From assembly GCA_030264375.1 (NCBI GenBank), contig JASCQW010000098.1, positions 60,643,684 through 60,707,113 on the forward strand: 63,430 bases of DNA, written 5' to 3'. Every line of letters starts with the position of its first letter. The first letter of the stretch is position 1. Source of the stretch: Carcharhinus longimanus (taxonomy: Eukaryota). Below are positions 37,881-50,800 of the stretch, piece after piece. The notes beneath the pieces are model-generated. The model was not told the origin of the DNA and searched no databases. It saw only the letters and a program-made list of their open reading frames with translations. The position numbers and the translations under genes are program-made.

Positions 37881-38199
37881 GTAAGAATCCTACCTCTCGC
37901 TTTCAAGTCACAAAACACACCTTTATCCTAAGCACTCGAGTGACTCTCACTTCTTCACATCTCATAACCCTGCACCCAATATTTCCATGATTTGACTATG
38001 ACAGACAGAGCCTTCAAACAACCCACCAGGCTGTCACCAAGCATATTTCCTTCTTTCTTACAGGATATGTCTGTCCACAACTTAGGCAATTCTAGCTCAT
38101 CCTACACACTACAAATTGCACTTGACTTCAATAGCCACTTACCTTGCTCTGTTTAAATTAGTAACTAACCCTTATCTTTCTCCCTCTCATGTTAAGTGC

Positions 38200-38470
38200 T
38201 GAAAATGTTTTGGCCCCTGCGCACATGCAGTATCTTCCTGAAGATGCATGATCATGACCACTCAATCTGACATTGCAAGCAGCAGTTCTAGACTGGCACT
38301 ACATGTGCTTTAGAGAGTGACCACTGAGAACTGTCTTTGGGCTCCTTGAAGATGGAAGTGTGGATGATAACACCCATTGAAGGACCTTTCATTGACATTG
38401 ATAAAAGCATGAGATTAAAGTCTCCACTGCTGTCAGATGCTGGGAATGGGACGAAAGAAAATGCAAATCA
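38200..38470 (-). pseudogene. Possible highly decayed Harbinger DDE transposase relic
   Basis: Minus readings FAFSFVPFPASDSSGD and MGVIIHTSIFKEP weakly resemble LNFFASGSF..GD and GVIDCTHVAIKAP; convergent with the Myb relic. Confidence 0.35.
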
Positions 38471-38491
38471 GCCAGCCAGGCCTTTCTTTTG

Positions 38492-38582
38492 AAACAGAAA
38501 CAGAAAATATTAGAAGTACTTGTCAGATCAGAAAGGATCTGTGGAGATTTAGTATTTCAAGTTGATGATTTTTCACCAGAAT
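38492..38582 (-). mobile_element. Decayed Penelope-like end of a second family with degenerate hammerhead
   Basis: Minus: ttCTGGTGAaaaatcatcaacttGAAAtact..ctccacagatcc..attttctgttt. Confidence 0.5.
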
Positions 38583-38856
38583 GTTAAGTACTGTTTATCA
38601 TCCTAGGTTGAAATAATGGAGGCTATTTAGTTTTTCCTGTGAGTCATGAGGCTCATTGTTTTGGGGTAGATCCATTTATTTAGAATGCAGGAAGAACTAC
38701 CTAGTATAATTTGAGAAAAGATTTGAAAACTAAAGCAGGATGTCCCAGACATCTTTGTAATGCTATTAAATGAAATAAAGATTTACTTAACAATAACATT
38801 CACAATAAGAAAATCAACTTGAATTTCACCTAACTAACTCAATGGCTATGTACAGT

Positions 38857-39056
38857 AGCTGGAATTTTCTGACTGATCCCGCCAGTATGATCTTCCGGTC
38901 CTGCTGACAGTGAACCCCAGTGAGAGGTACCACAGCAGCAGAAGGGCTCATACAAAGCCATGACAGCAGCAGGACTAGGAAATCCCAGCGCTAGCCATGG
39001 CAGGCCACCTCCGTCACTGCAAAAGGTGCTGTGGGGATACACAGAAAATCCTGGCC
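38857..39056. mobile_element. MITE (Harbinger-type)
   Basis: gctggaattttct ... agaaaatcctggc termini. Confidence 0.6.
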
Positions 39057-39769
39057 AGTATCTTTAATGTTACCCTGTGTTTCCTAATTTCAGAGTTAAT
39101 ACTCCCTAATCAGCATCCTATAGAGCTTCAAAGATTATGGACAAAATCCGGTAATAGTTACCACACCAGGCACTTCGATCTCTCAGGGTTGCTTCTGACA
39201 TAGGACTTTTCTACATGTAAGCTTGCTGGGAGTTCATGCAAATTTTCCTGCTGAGTTCTCAAAGCAGCTAACTTGAATAGGTTGAAGTTGCTTCTGATAT
39301 ACTGTTTTCCCATTTGATCTTTCCTTACTTGAACTAACCATAGCAGAAGTAACTCTTAATTGCCTTCATCATAAAAGTCCATCTTTTAGAACGTAATTGT
39401 ATAGTTCATACCTTGTCTCCTCTTTAATCAAACCCGCGACATTCTTTTCTCCATTGTTACCAACTTGCCTTAGGTAAACATCTATTTATGGTGTTGTTAT
39501 AAAAAGCACTAGTTTCATCAATCCAGGCAAATTGTTTCTATCAATACACACCTTTGATTTTTAAATAGTTTAAAATAAGACCATACATCAGCAGAACTCA
39601 GCGAGAAGGGTGGAAAATTCTGGCCATTGAATCAGTTTCTGCATGTACAGTGTTGAAACCAACTCTTCTTCTCCATCATGGCCTTGATTCTTCCAATTCC
39701 TCTGTGCTTTCATACTATTTGTCAACATGAAGCCTTGGATGAGCCACCATTTCTTCCAGTATCATTTCT

Positions 39770-40400
39770 TGAAGATGGCTGAACAGGTGGATACAGTAGT
39801 TAAAAAGATACACACAATACTTGGCTTAATTGGTAGAATACAAAATCTAGGAAGTTATGTTGGAACTGTATAAAATACATTTTGAACACTGCTTACATTC
39901 TGGTCACTGCATTGCAGGAATGACAGGGATTACACTACAGAGAGTACAGAAGAGACTTATGAGGACATTGCCTGGAATGGAGAATTTTTGTTATGAGGAA
40001 AGACTGGACAGGCTAGGGTTGTTTTCTTTAGAAGGGTGAGGGGAGATGAGGGCACCAGGTAAAGTGATAGGAATATCCTATCCCACTTGGTTTTTGTTTC
40101 CATACCAAGGGGAAATAGGCTTAGGGTAAGAGTTTAGAGGTTTAGTGCTGATTCAAGGAGGAATGTTTTCACCCAGTGGTTTGGGGGGCAGTGGGGGGAG
40201 GGGGATATAGAACTCATACCTGCAAGGACAGAAGAGGCAGAAACCCTAATAAGATTTAAAAAGTATAGATATGCACTTGGTATGCCATAACCTGCAACTG
40301 TGAAACATTGTTGCAAAGATTAGGCTAGGTGGCTACTTGTTGGCCAGCAATGGACACAATGGGCCAAAGTGCCTCCCGCTGTGTTGGAAGTTTCTATGTT
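39770..40400 (+). mobile_element. Decayed CR1 3' portion
   Basis: MLELYK..LQRVQKRLMRTLPGMENFCYEERLDRLGLFSLE and tail gggccaaagtgcctcc..tttctatgtt. Confidence 0.85.
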
Positions 40401-40454
40401 GTACACTGGGAAGACAGGAGCCATTGTCTTCATTCCCTCTCACAACCCCTTGTC

Positions 40455-40868
40455 CTTTCTATCTAAAGAATGTCCATTTACATCTCCATTGCATCACCCA
40501 TCTCCAGCCACCACATTCCAACTGCCACTAAAATCCATATTCATGTCTTTCATTCATTACTTCAAGTTTCATCTTCCATAAGCTTTATCTCATCTAAAAC
40601 CAGTTTGCTTATGTCCAATCCTATATCAATTCCATTCACTCATCACCCCCAACTTCCTCTTCAGTTCCTCAAAATTTCCATTTTAAAATTCATATTCTGG
40701 TGTTTAAATCCTTTTCTAGTCTAACTTTCCATCTCTCTAACTTCCACCAGCTTGAGAACCACCCGAAATTCTCCATCTGAACTCTTGGACATTGCCCCCT
40801 ATTTTCACCCCATCAATGGTGGTTGTGCCTTCGGTCACTCTGGCCTCCAGTTCCGAAACTCCCTACCT
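40455..40868 (+). mobile_element. Decayed L2 LINE ORF2 C-terminal fragment
   Basis: Remnants of FKI.ILVFKS and GGCAF..SG.QF.NSLP, the L2 C-terminal pattern. Confidence 0.55.
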
Positions 40869-42429
40869 TTTCAATAAAGAAGAAAAATGTACATGTGGTG
40901 TAAACTGCACTGTTATTCACTATTATCTTTTTGTCCTGCTACCCAAGATCAAGGACACCCCCATGTTCTTTTGAAACAATTTATAATATTTCCAAATAGA
41001 GCGAGCACGGTAAATCTTCAACTTACACTTATGGTAATGCTAAAACATTACAGTCAGGGAAAATCTTCCTCTCTTATATGTTTGTTTTTTGAAAGTCTCA
41101 CACATGCCCTGCCTTCATCCTAGATGTTATTTCTTTCCTTTCAACCAGTTTTTAATAATTTATGTATTAGAAAACCATCCTAAAATGTTCACATCTTAAA
41201 CTAATAAGTTGAAATTTCTTAAAAGTAACAATAGTTGTGATGAGTGGGGAGTGACTGCACTTGTTTTTAGTTTGATATTTTTAAGGCTAATATACATTTT
41301 TGAGAGGTTGAAATTAATTTTGAAAAGTTATACATTGAGTTGGTAGAATGATCTCTGAATGCGTGAGAGTGGGAACATCATTCTGGTCTCCTATTCCTGT
41401 TGAACAATATACAGAATTAGAGTACAGAATCACTATACCAGTTGTTGGGAATCCTCCTACTTTACAAGATCTCAACAACTTGATGTAACTTTACACCCAA
41501 AAGAAGTCGACCTAAAGACTCCTTGTGGCTCTTCATGGATGTGTAACGTGCTGAAGTCAAGAGGGTGCCGCCTTTACTTTGTGAAAGAAAGATGCCGAAA
41601 TGTGAGACTTCTGCATTTGGTCTCTCAAAGCAGGTCTGCCAAACACTCACTCAGCCTTGTTTCTTTACTTGCCTCATACAAGGGGCTTCATCAAACCCTT
41701 GAAAATTTAAGTGAGCTCCGTGTATAATGGATTTTGCTCATACTCTAGCTTAATCGCCTCCCCCAACAAATTCCAATCAGTTTATAATCCATGAATTATT
41801 ATTTTTAAAACTACACTGACTGCTCCACATGATACCTGAGATCCTTACATGCTCATCCATTGTATGTTGTGGAATACAGGGCTAAGTTTCAGCTTGGCAA
41901 CGTGGGAATTAGTATGGCAGAATCCTGTTGCAGAACTTACATAAAATCAATGGGATGGAAATCAGTTGGGTTCAACAAAAGGCTGACAATTTGCTCCACT
42001 AAGTTCCTGCCTAAGCAATGATAGTGAAAATTGCTCCTTCCATTTGATGTTAACTTGTGGGAGCTGTGAGATTTACAGGCCTTGGTCAAGACAAAACCTA
42101 GCCTGAGATCTCCTGTATGAACTCCCTGATCATTTATTATTTTATGTACAAATAGATAGCTCCATATTTGAGGCAATCCATAAATTGTTGCTGAATTACT
42201 GGTGAGGTTAATAGCTCTCACCAATATTCAAATGCAATTGTCACAGCAACATCAGATGAGGCCAGATGTACAGTAAGCTGCCAAAGCTATTGAAGATGTG
42301 CCACCGCATTAGCTTTGCAAAGATGGCATCCTACTGCCTGACAATCCATTCAACTGCATTGAACAGCACAAGTATCCTGTATTTGTACTGCAGACGTGAG
42401 GCAAACTCACTTCAGAAAGTTAAATCAAG

Positions 42430-42508
42430 TAATGGAGGGATGGTCTTATGAGGAAAGGTTAAACAGGCTGAAATTCAGAAGGATGAGAGGTGATCTCATT
42501 GAAACATA
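42430..42508 (+). mobile_element. CR1 fragment
   Basis: SYEERLNRL..FRRMRGDLIET. Confidence 0.7.
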
Positions 42509-42510
42509 CC

Positions 42511-43055
42511 TGGCCTGATTCTCTGTCCTCTTCCGATGGCCAGCGGGAATCTCGGCAGCCCATTGAATGGGGTGTTGGCCTAAAATTGGGATTCCTGAAG
42601 AATGTGAGAACCCTCGGGATTCAGCCGACTGCCCCCTCCCCCCACCAGTCCCGATTGGGCTCCCACCCAGATCAACTCAATAATTATGCAATCCCGCTGA
42701 TTTGAATTTCATTAGCAGGTTTGACAGCCAGTTCACCAGTCTCTCACACCATTCACCATGCCTGCCAGTAGGAAGGGCACCAAGTGGGCTTTACATACTT
42801 TACCCACAAACGGGGACATGGTGTGCTGGACCTTGACAGTCCAGAGGAGCACCAGCAACCCCTCAGAAAAGAGGGCATCCTTCCCATACCACTCAAATCA
42901 CAGGTCATTTCCTCCCCAACATGCCAAGGAGGCATGAGGGTGACACGACCTGACCCACTACTCAGTACCCCTTCTCCCTCAGACCCTACCCTTTCAACCC
43001 CTCCCCCTTACTCAGACTCTTCTCCCCTCAGAGCCCCCTCCTCACTCAGCCCCCT
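42511..43055. mobile_element. Non-autonomous Harbinger-type element with C-rich interior, truncated by gap
   Basis: ggcctgattctct start, MITE-like hairpins and low-complexity C-rich run into the gap. Confidence 0.5.
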
Positions 43056-43547
43056 NNNNNNNNNNNNNNNNNNNNNNNNNNNNNNNNNNNNNNNNNNNNN
43101 NNNNNNNNNNNNNNNNNNNNNNNNNNNNNNNNNNNNNNNNNNNNNNNNNNNNNNNACTGAATTCACCATTCTAATTTATACTTCCTTCACAGTGATGTTA
43201 ACTTCACAACCTCTCAATCTACTTGGTTAAGATGGTATATGTCGTGTACCACGTTCCGTCATTCCCAGATCCATGCTGTTTTCATCTTGCATTTCAGTAA
43301 TTTGTAGAGCAAGGATAATGTTTCACAGAAAGATCCCTGTTCACAGACCTTTTAATAATATGTTTTTCTGGAATTTTCTGCAAATAGTAAAAGGAGTACA
43401 CTTTTACAAAATAATAATGCCAAGAATTCTAGAGAACTTAGTGGCAACTAAGAACACAAACTGTTTATTGATTTGCCGCAAGAAACTTTGGGCCAATAAA
43501 TGGAAAATTACAAATTCAATTAATTTTGGAAGAAAACCCAAACCAAA

Positions 43548-43853
43548 GCTGCTTCACAGCTCCAGGGACCTGGGTTCGATTCTTGGCTTGGATCACTGTC
43601 TGTGTGGAGTCTGCACATTCTCCTTGTGTCTGCGTGCGTTTTCGCTAGGTGCTCTGGTTTCCTCCCACAATCCAAAGATGGTTATTTGGCCATGCTAAGA
43701 TTGCCCCTTAGTGTCCCAGGATGTGTAGGTTAGAGGGTTAGTGGGTAAATATGTAAGGATATGGGGATAGGGCCTGGTTGGGATTGTGGTTGGTGCAGAC
43801 ACGATGGGCCAAATGGCCTCTTTCTGCATTGTAAGGTTTCTGTGATTCTATGA
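43548..43853 (+). mobile_element. HE1-type V-SINE, 5'-truncated
   Basis: B box gggttcgattc, V-domain and tail. Confidence 0.9.
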
Positions 43854-44808
43854 AAACCATGTTTTGGTAAGAAAACCAAAAAATAGCCTAACCATTGTAG
43901 GTACAAAATGAAATGAGATAACTATGATGGGCAATTTTTATTAATATCAATTTAGAATCCAGTTGCAACCCATTCTAGAATTCAGGAATTGGTAATAGAG
44001 AATGGAAAACAGTCTGGTTATGATACAATAGTACCTCTCAAATCCCAAAATTATGGAAGTTTTGTATAGGCTAAATGGCAGATGTTTCCCAACAAAGAGT
44101 CCTATTCACAATCTTTTTCCGATCCGCAAAGATTTTCTGCAATTTTGCTGCTGAAAATATTTTGACAGAATATTAATGAAATTAATTCTAGATGGTCATA
44201 GATTCTGACGATGCATAAAATCTAAGGAAACATTAGCAATGAACTTTATTCTGGGGTATAATGGACAGAATTACTTTGGTGGCAGCAAGGTTTAATCATT
44301 CCCAAAGCACTTGTGGGAACTTCTTGAGATTTTGAAAATTCTGCATCATGTCATACAAACAAAAATATGAAACAATCTGTCTAAAATATATTGTCTAATT
44401 CAAAGATTCTTTTCAAAAAGAAAATAGTCTCGGCTGTGTTTTTGACTCTAATTATCTTGGCTAAATTCCCATATTCATAAACCAAGCATAACAGGATGTC
44501 AAACTAATTCGTTAATATTTAAATACAAAGTGAAACCATATGTTCAGACCACTGAGTTTTATGAAAATTAAACTTAAAAAAAACCCCAGTACTTTACTGA
44601 AAACATATACAATATTGATGGATACCTCATCTTGATTTACTTAGGAAGCCCACCCTGCTCCATAATTTTTTTAACCATTCTTTAACCTTTATTTTTGTTT
44701 TATTTCATCGTGGATCAACATTCAACACCAAGTTTAGAATTTTTTTCAGGAAAAAACCCGTCTGTTTCCATGGAACTGTCTGACAGCATTCCTCACGTAT
44801 ATGTTATA

Positions 44809-44826
44809 AACACTAGGGGGCGCTGC
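44809..44826 (+). promoter_or_regulatory. CTCF core motif candidate
   Basis: aacactagggggcgctgc is close to CCASYAGRKGGCRS, with retained CpG, in unique AT-rich DNA. Confidence 0.5.
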
Positions 44827-45512
44827 AGGTTTAAAAAGTGACAAAGAAAATTCGACTGTCATAGATAATAACACCATCCCTATTTCAATCTTTAGAATTG
44901 AAAATTATTTTCAGTTCTTAAACTGTAAGCCAATACAGTTAAATAATTTGAATATTTAACCACAATTAATCTTTGCAAGTATCTGATAATTATTTTAACA
45001 GCCAGACTTCATTTTGAAACATCAGTCAAATAAATCGTCAATCTCAGTGAAATTAAATTTGTGCACAGTTACAGTTTGTGTGACATATTTGCATGGGAGA
45101 CTCCATTACAGCAATGCCAACACTGTCAAGCCTGTCCCTAGATCTGGTGAACTGTTTGTGAACCTCTTGTGGCTGTGGGTAAATCATTCACTGGTCTGAA
45201 CACTGAGACACTTAGATGTCGCCACCTACAAGCACAGCTTTGTTATATAAATCCTTCACTGCGTATATAATGTCATGATCTGTGAAAGCAACAGAAAATA
45301 AACTTCTCACCATTGGACAATTCTGGTCTTAACAGAATCAACCACATCATTTTAAACACAATGACCGTGCACAGTGGATTAGATTAAGGAATTAGAAATG
45401 TTAAGGCCTGCAACATGGAGGCTTGCATTATGCTGACTTTTGTTTCGTAAGATATAGATCATAGTGAATATTTATGTCATCTTCTAATTCACTAGGATTC
45501 TGTTTATTCCTA

Positions 45513-45795
45513 CATGGAATCCCTAAGGTGCTGAAGAGGCCATTTGACCCATCAGATGTGCACCAACCCTCCAAAAAAGCACCCTTTCTAGGCCCAAACC
45601 CCCACCTTAACCCCCCCATTTACCATGACCAATCTACCTAACCTGCACATTTTGGAGTGTGGGAGAAAACCAGAGCACCCAGAAGAAACCCACACAGACA
45701 CAAGGAGAATGTATAAACTCCACACAGTCTCCAAGGCTGGAATCAAACCCAGATCATTGGTGCTGTGAGGCATTAATGCTAACCACTGTGCCATC
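45513..45795 (-). mobile_element. HE1-type V-SINE
   Basis: Head, V-domain and tail. Confidence 0.88.
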
Positions 45796-46582
45796 TTAAA
45801 AACTTTCCTTAGTGAAGTCTTGCATTATGTTGCATTAATTTAACAATACCATCAAGTGGCTAATACACAATATAATTTATTAAAAATCCTTAAATAACAT
45901 TGAGTAATCATCAGGGAAAGAGGAAGTAGCCTTCAGTAATTGGTAAGCAGGCATCTGGAACAAGGCTGAGTGTCACATCTGGTCAAAAATAGAGGCATAA
46001 TCATGATTGGACAAATGGGATGAATCTGAGCTCTAATATTCTGCAGTTTGGATGATAAAAAGAAATCATCTGATTTTTGCTCTGTGGGGATTTAAAAATA
46101 AATTATTGGAGTCTGAATTCCTTTTTTGCACTGGCCAGCATGTAACTTCTCGCATCTTCACTTTAATAGAAGGATAATTATGGGCTGACAATTCCCGACA
46201 TGGAATTTCTACCCCTTTATCATTTTATCCCCATTTGACTGGGGTCGGAGGGGAATATTTGAAACCCCTCTAAGGTGGGCATGGGAATCACTGTGCCAAT
46301 TACTTCCAGCCCAGACAGCACACCAACTTTATACAGCCTTCTCAGTGTCATGATCGCAACATACAGACAGCACTGGCGTCATGAATGGGGCACTACATAA
46401 CTCAGCAGGGGGCCCAAAATCATGAGAGGCTAGCACCAGTTAAAATTAAAGCTGCAATGCTCACAGCCACCTATGTCTCTTACAGGGCAGGTACATAGAC
46501 CATACATAGCAGGTGCTGTAGGCCATTCTACAACTGTTCCTTTTCTGAAAAGGGCACAGTAATGTCACAAGATGGGAGAGAG

Positions 46583-46948
46583 CCTCCCATCCATTGACTC
46601 TATCTACACTTCCCGCTGCCTTGGCAAAGCAGCCAGCATAATTAAGGACCACATGCACCCTGGACATTCTCTCTGCCACCTTCTTCCTTCGGGAAAAAGA
46701 AACAAAAGTCTGAGGTCACGTACCAACCGACTCAAGAACAGCTTCTTCCCTGCTGCTGTCAGATTCTTGAATGGACCTACCTTGCACTAAGCTGATCATT
46801 GTCTACACCCTAGCTATGTCTGTAACATTACATTCTGCAGTCTCTTGTTTCCTTCTCTGTGAATGATATGTTTTGTCTGTATAGCACACAAGAAACAATA
46901 CTTTTCACTGTATGTTCATATATGTGACAATAATAAATCAAATCAAAG
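46583..46948 (+). mobile_element. Rex1/Babar-type LINE 3' end
   Basis: LPSIDSIYTSRCLGKAASIIKDHMHPGHSLCHLLPSGKRNKSLRSRTNRLKNSFFPAAVRFLNG* plus UTR ending (aatca)n. Confidence 0.8.
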
Positions 46949-46954
46949 AGTGGG

Positions 46955-47170
46955 CTTCAAGAATTTCCAATGCTGTACGTAAGTCCTTGATCTTGGAGTT
47001 GTTGAGGAGGAGAGATGTGGTCTATTCACAGCAAGCCAAGTAAGTCTCTAAATAAACTCTGAGGCATAGTGAGGTCAGATAGCTATGGCAGTCAGTGCCA
47101 GACAGCAAGTCCCAAGGATCTGGATGCAGTGTCACAAAACATTCAATGACGTCACATGACTGGTCAATGC
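46955..47170 (+). pseudogene. Harbinger Myb/SANT-like exon relic
   Basis: RISNAVRKSLILELLRRRDVVY..QIAMAVSARQQVPRIWMQCHKTFNDVT. Confidence 0.75.
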
Positions 47171-47497
47171 TAGTAAATGCATCTTCAAATGCCATGTCCT
47201 ACCAACTGCACCACAGCCCTATCACTCACATACCAACCATCTCTATCAATCACAACTCACACCTACCATTGACTGCTGCACCTCACCCACTTACATTGTT
47301 GCAGACCTCACACCCCATATCACAGCTTGCACACACTGCCAAGCTGACTGCATGATGCCCTGATACTTATAGGGAAAGGTGGTGCAAAATTGCAGGCGGC
47401 AGATACCGGCCCACAGAAGGTGCACATGGATACATGTCCTTATCTGAATGGATGAAGTGGTACCTACTATCACCGGATTGGTCCTAGCTGTGGCTTT

Positions 47498-47800
47498 TAG
47501 AATTATAGAATCCCTACAGTACAGAAGGAGGTCTTTCAGCCCATTGAGTCTTTACTGGCAACAATCTCCCCCAGACTCTGTAACTCCACATGTTTACCCT
47601 ACTAATCCCCCTGACACTAAGGAGCAATTTAACTTTGTCAATCAACCTAACCTGCACATCTTTGGATTGTGGGGGGAAACCAGAGCACCCATAGGAAATC
47701 CATGCAAACTCCACACAGACCGTGACCCGAGGCCAAAATTAAACCCAAGTCCCTGGCACCGTGAGGGAGCAGGGCTAACCACTCTGCCACCATATCGTCC
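47498..47800 (-). mobile_element. HE1-type V-SINE nested in Harbinger relic
   Basis: Head, V-domain and tail. Confidence 0.88.
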
Positions 47801-48129
47801 TCAATTGTGGCCATCAATAGGGCTAAAATAACTGAAGATGACAATGGAAGATTTTCAAATCCCACTTCCCTCTAATCCCACATTCTCTTCCGATTTAGAA
47901 GATGTAAGCATGCACCTGTTACTTTCCCCCTTTGCCTGAGCACAACTCTAACCTTGATCTTTCTGCTTTCATATACCCAAGAACTGCAAACTAGGCAGGT
48001 AGTGCTGGAAGGTCCACAGATAAAAGAGAAAGTAAACAGCACAGATAAAGTAACGCCATCACTTATTCTTGCACTTTCAGACACTGCTCTGCTATTGTTA
48101 ACCACAAAGCTGGTGGTCAGGACTGATCC

Positions 48130-48815
48130 CTCATGGTGACAAACTGCGCAGTAAACAGCAGGTCACAACCAACCTTGGCAAGTTCTATGTTGACTACTGC
48201 AGGGCTACTTTACAGCTGTTCAGGAAGGAAAATCATTGGTTCAGAATGCGAATGGCCCACTGTGTGGTAACATAGCTCTCAGTATTTGTTTGCATCCAGT
48301 GTGTACTTGGGTTGTGAATGGAAGTCATCACTCAGCTGGTCAGCAGATAGCCTTCCTCACCAGGAAGCCACCCTTTGATTATGTTGAGGTAGCTGAATTG
48401 TAAATGACACAGTGAAGTGTCACAGAATGAAGGCATTGTGACTGCCAGCAGTATACGAGATAAGATTCTCTGTGTTTGGTTACACACAGCTGAACAGTGT
48501 GGAAGTGAAATCCCTTTGGATTGTGGTTCATCTCAAAATTAACAAGAGGCATCTGTGAGATGTGTGTGTGCAGCCAATGACCATGCAGTATGCTGAGGCC
48601 TGCATTCCTCATAAAGACACGTGCTCAATTTGCTGCTGTCTGGCAAGAAAGTATAGAATCTCTGTTTGAACAGAGAGCATCAGTGACTCCCATTACACAG
48701 TAGGAAGTGAGATGTTGCTACCATCTCCAGCTACATCCTGGATGAAGCCCAATGCACAAGTCTTCATGATTATGATCAGCTTCCCACACAGTCGCAACGT
48801 GGTGATAAGCCCTGC
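48130..48815 (-). pseudogene. PIF/Harbinger DDE transposase relic (HARBI1-like)
   Basis: Ordered motifs CALGFIQDVAGDGSNIS, NPKGFHFHTVQL, AGSHNAFIL and KGWLPGEEGYLLTS*VMT, matching NRKGFHS.NVQL, PGS.HD.FIL and GWLLGD.GYPL..WLMTP. Confidence 0.8.
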
Positions 48816-48817
48816 TC

Positions 48818-49507
48818 TGGAGATCTCATTGAGACAAAAAAGATGATGAATGGGATGGATAGGATAGAGGTGGAGAGGCTCTTCCCGCTCAGAAAGGACA
48901 GTAGGACTAGGGGGCANNNNNNNNNNNNNNNNNNNNNNNNNNNNNNNNNNNNNNNNNNNNNNNNNNNNNNNNNNNNNNNNNNNNNNNNNNNNNNNNNNNN
49001 NNNNNNNNNNNNNNNNNNNNNNNNNNNNNNNNNNNNNNNNNNNNNNNNNNNNNNNNNNNNNNNNNNNNNNNNNNNNNNNNNNNNNNNNNNNNNNNNNNNN
49101 NNNNNNNNNNNNNNNNNNNNNNNNNNNNNNNNNNNNNNNNNNNNNNNNNNNNNNNNNNNNNNNNNNNNNNNNNNNNNNNNNNNNNNNNNNNNNNNNNNNN
49201 NNNNNNNNNNNNNNNNNNNNNNNNNNNNNNNNNNNNNNNNNNNNNNNNNNNNNNNNNNNNNNNNNNNNNNNNNNNNNNNNNNNNNNNNNNNNNNNNNNNN
49301 NNNNNNNNNNNNNNNNNNNNNNNNNNNNNNNNNNNNNNNNNNNNNNNNNNNNNNNNNNNNNNNNNNNNNNNNNNNNNNNNNNNNNNNNNNNNNNNNNNNN
49401 NNNNNNNNNNNNNNNNNNNNNNNNNNNNNNNNNTATTGAATGGCGGGGCAGGCTCGAAGGGCTAGATGGCCTACTCCTGCTCCTATTTCTTATGTTCTTA
49501 TGTTCTG
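48818..49507 (+). mobile_element. Young CR1 insertion spanning gap 48917-49433
   Basis: GDLIETKKMMNGMDRIEVERLFPL before the gap; terminal hairpin and (ttcttatg)n after it. Confidence 0.85.
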
Positions 49508-50154
49508 ATGCTGCATTATGGTGGCAGCAGGAGGGGGCAGATCACTGTAAGATGGTCCTTAGTGAGGCAGAAAGGATTGACACACTGTTCCTCACTGATG
49601 TTCAGATAAGAGCATTGCTCTGTGAATATATGATATGGCTTCCTGCTGAGGGGCCTCCCTCTTCCAGCAGCTTGCCCTGCTCTCGGTGACCTCTACAGTG
49701 CATGCAAACGTCCTCATATCTGGGAGCAACTGGTTGACAAGATCAAGTCTTTTAGAAGCTGCCACACCATTCCTTGTAGACTTTAACTATAGAAAGCACC
49801 AACCACTTCTACAATCACAGACATAACTAGAAGAAATCAATCATCAACTAACCTGAAAGTGGTTAATGCTTAAATACCACTGGTTGGGGTGGAGGGAGGA
49901 TGCCCTCCCTGCTGCTAAAGACATGTTCAAATATACAAGTTTAAGAGAGGGAGTTAGCTGAAGCATTGCGCTCCATTAGTATCGAACTAGTGTTGTATTC
50001 TGACATAATGATCTGCCTGTGCTGCATGTTCACCGTATGCACACTAGCCATTAGCTAAATGGTGTCCAGTACAACTTGGATCAGAAATGTACCTATATGC
50101 CAACGGCATCATTTTGGGCTTTTTAAAAATTGGGTGTTATTCATCCAAATTAGG

Positions 50155-50507
50155 AGGAGACAATGACCTACTGGTATTATCACTGCACTATTAACCCCCA
50201 GACACTTAGCTAATGGATCCAGGTTCCAATCCCATCATAGCAGATGATGGAATTTGAATTCAATAAAAAAATGGAATTAAGAATCTATTAATGGCTATAA
50301 AGCCATTGTCGATTGTCCGAAAAACACATTGGATTCACTAACATCCTTTGGGGAAGGAAATCAGCAGTCCTTACCTGGTCTGGCCTACATGTTACTCCAG
50401 ATCCACAGCAATGTGGTTGACTCTCAACTACCCTCAGGCATCTAGGGATGGGCAATAAATGCTGGCTAGCCAGTGACACACATGTCCCACAAATGAATTT
50501 TAAAAAT
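50155..50507 (+). mobile_element. tRNA-derived SINE with Zenon-like LINE tail
   Basis: tRNA-like head, core ttcactaac.tcctttggggaaggaaat..ccttacctggtctggcctacatg, and tail agggatgggcaataaatgctggc shared with the LINE end at 20392. Confidence 0.85.
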
Positions 50508-50589
50508 ATTGTGCCCATTGTTTTGCTTGGTTACATTTTGCAAATTTTAGTGATATTTTTCTGTCGGCACTACTGTTCTGACTCGAAGA

Positions 50590-50800
50590 CCCCACATGGG
50601 CATTTCTAGCAGTGGTCAGTGAATAGGGAAATCAGAATCCTGACCAGCTTTCCCCTCCCTAACCCAGGGGTGCTAAAGCTAATTGCAGTGTCTGTGTCAC
50701 CAGCCTGAATGACATCATCCACCTCAGCACAAACAGGGACTTGAATGTGGGGCGTTACTAATCAACTACACACTGAATAAACTCGCAAAGACTGCAGGGG
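50590..50800 (-). mobile_element. Ancient tRNA-derived SINE fragment
   Basis: ttcccctccctaacccaggggtgct..ctcagcacaaacagggacttgaa, with a B-box-like sequence in antisense. Confidence 0.5.

Noticed and set aside
48843-49439. 198-aa ORF, and other ORFs containing X
   Set aside because: Artefacts of reading through N gaps
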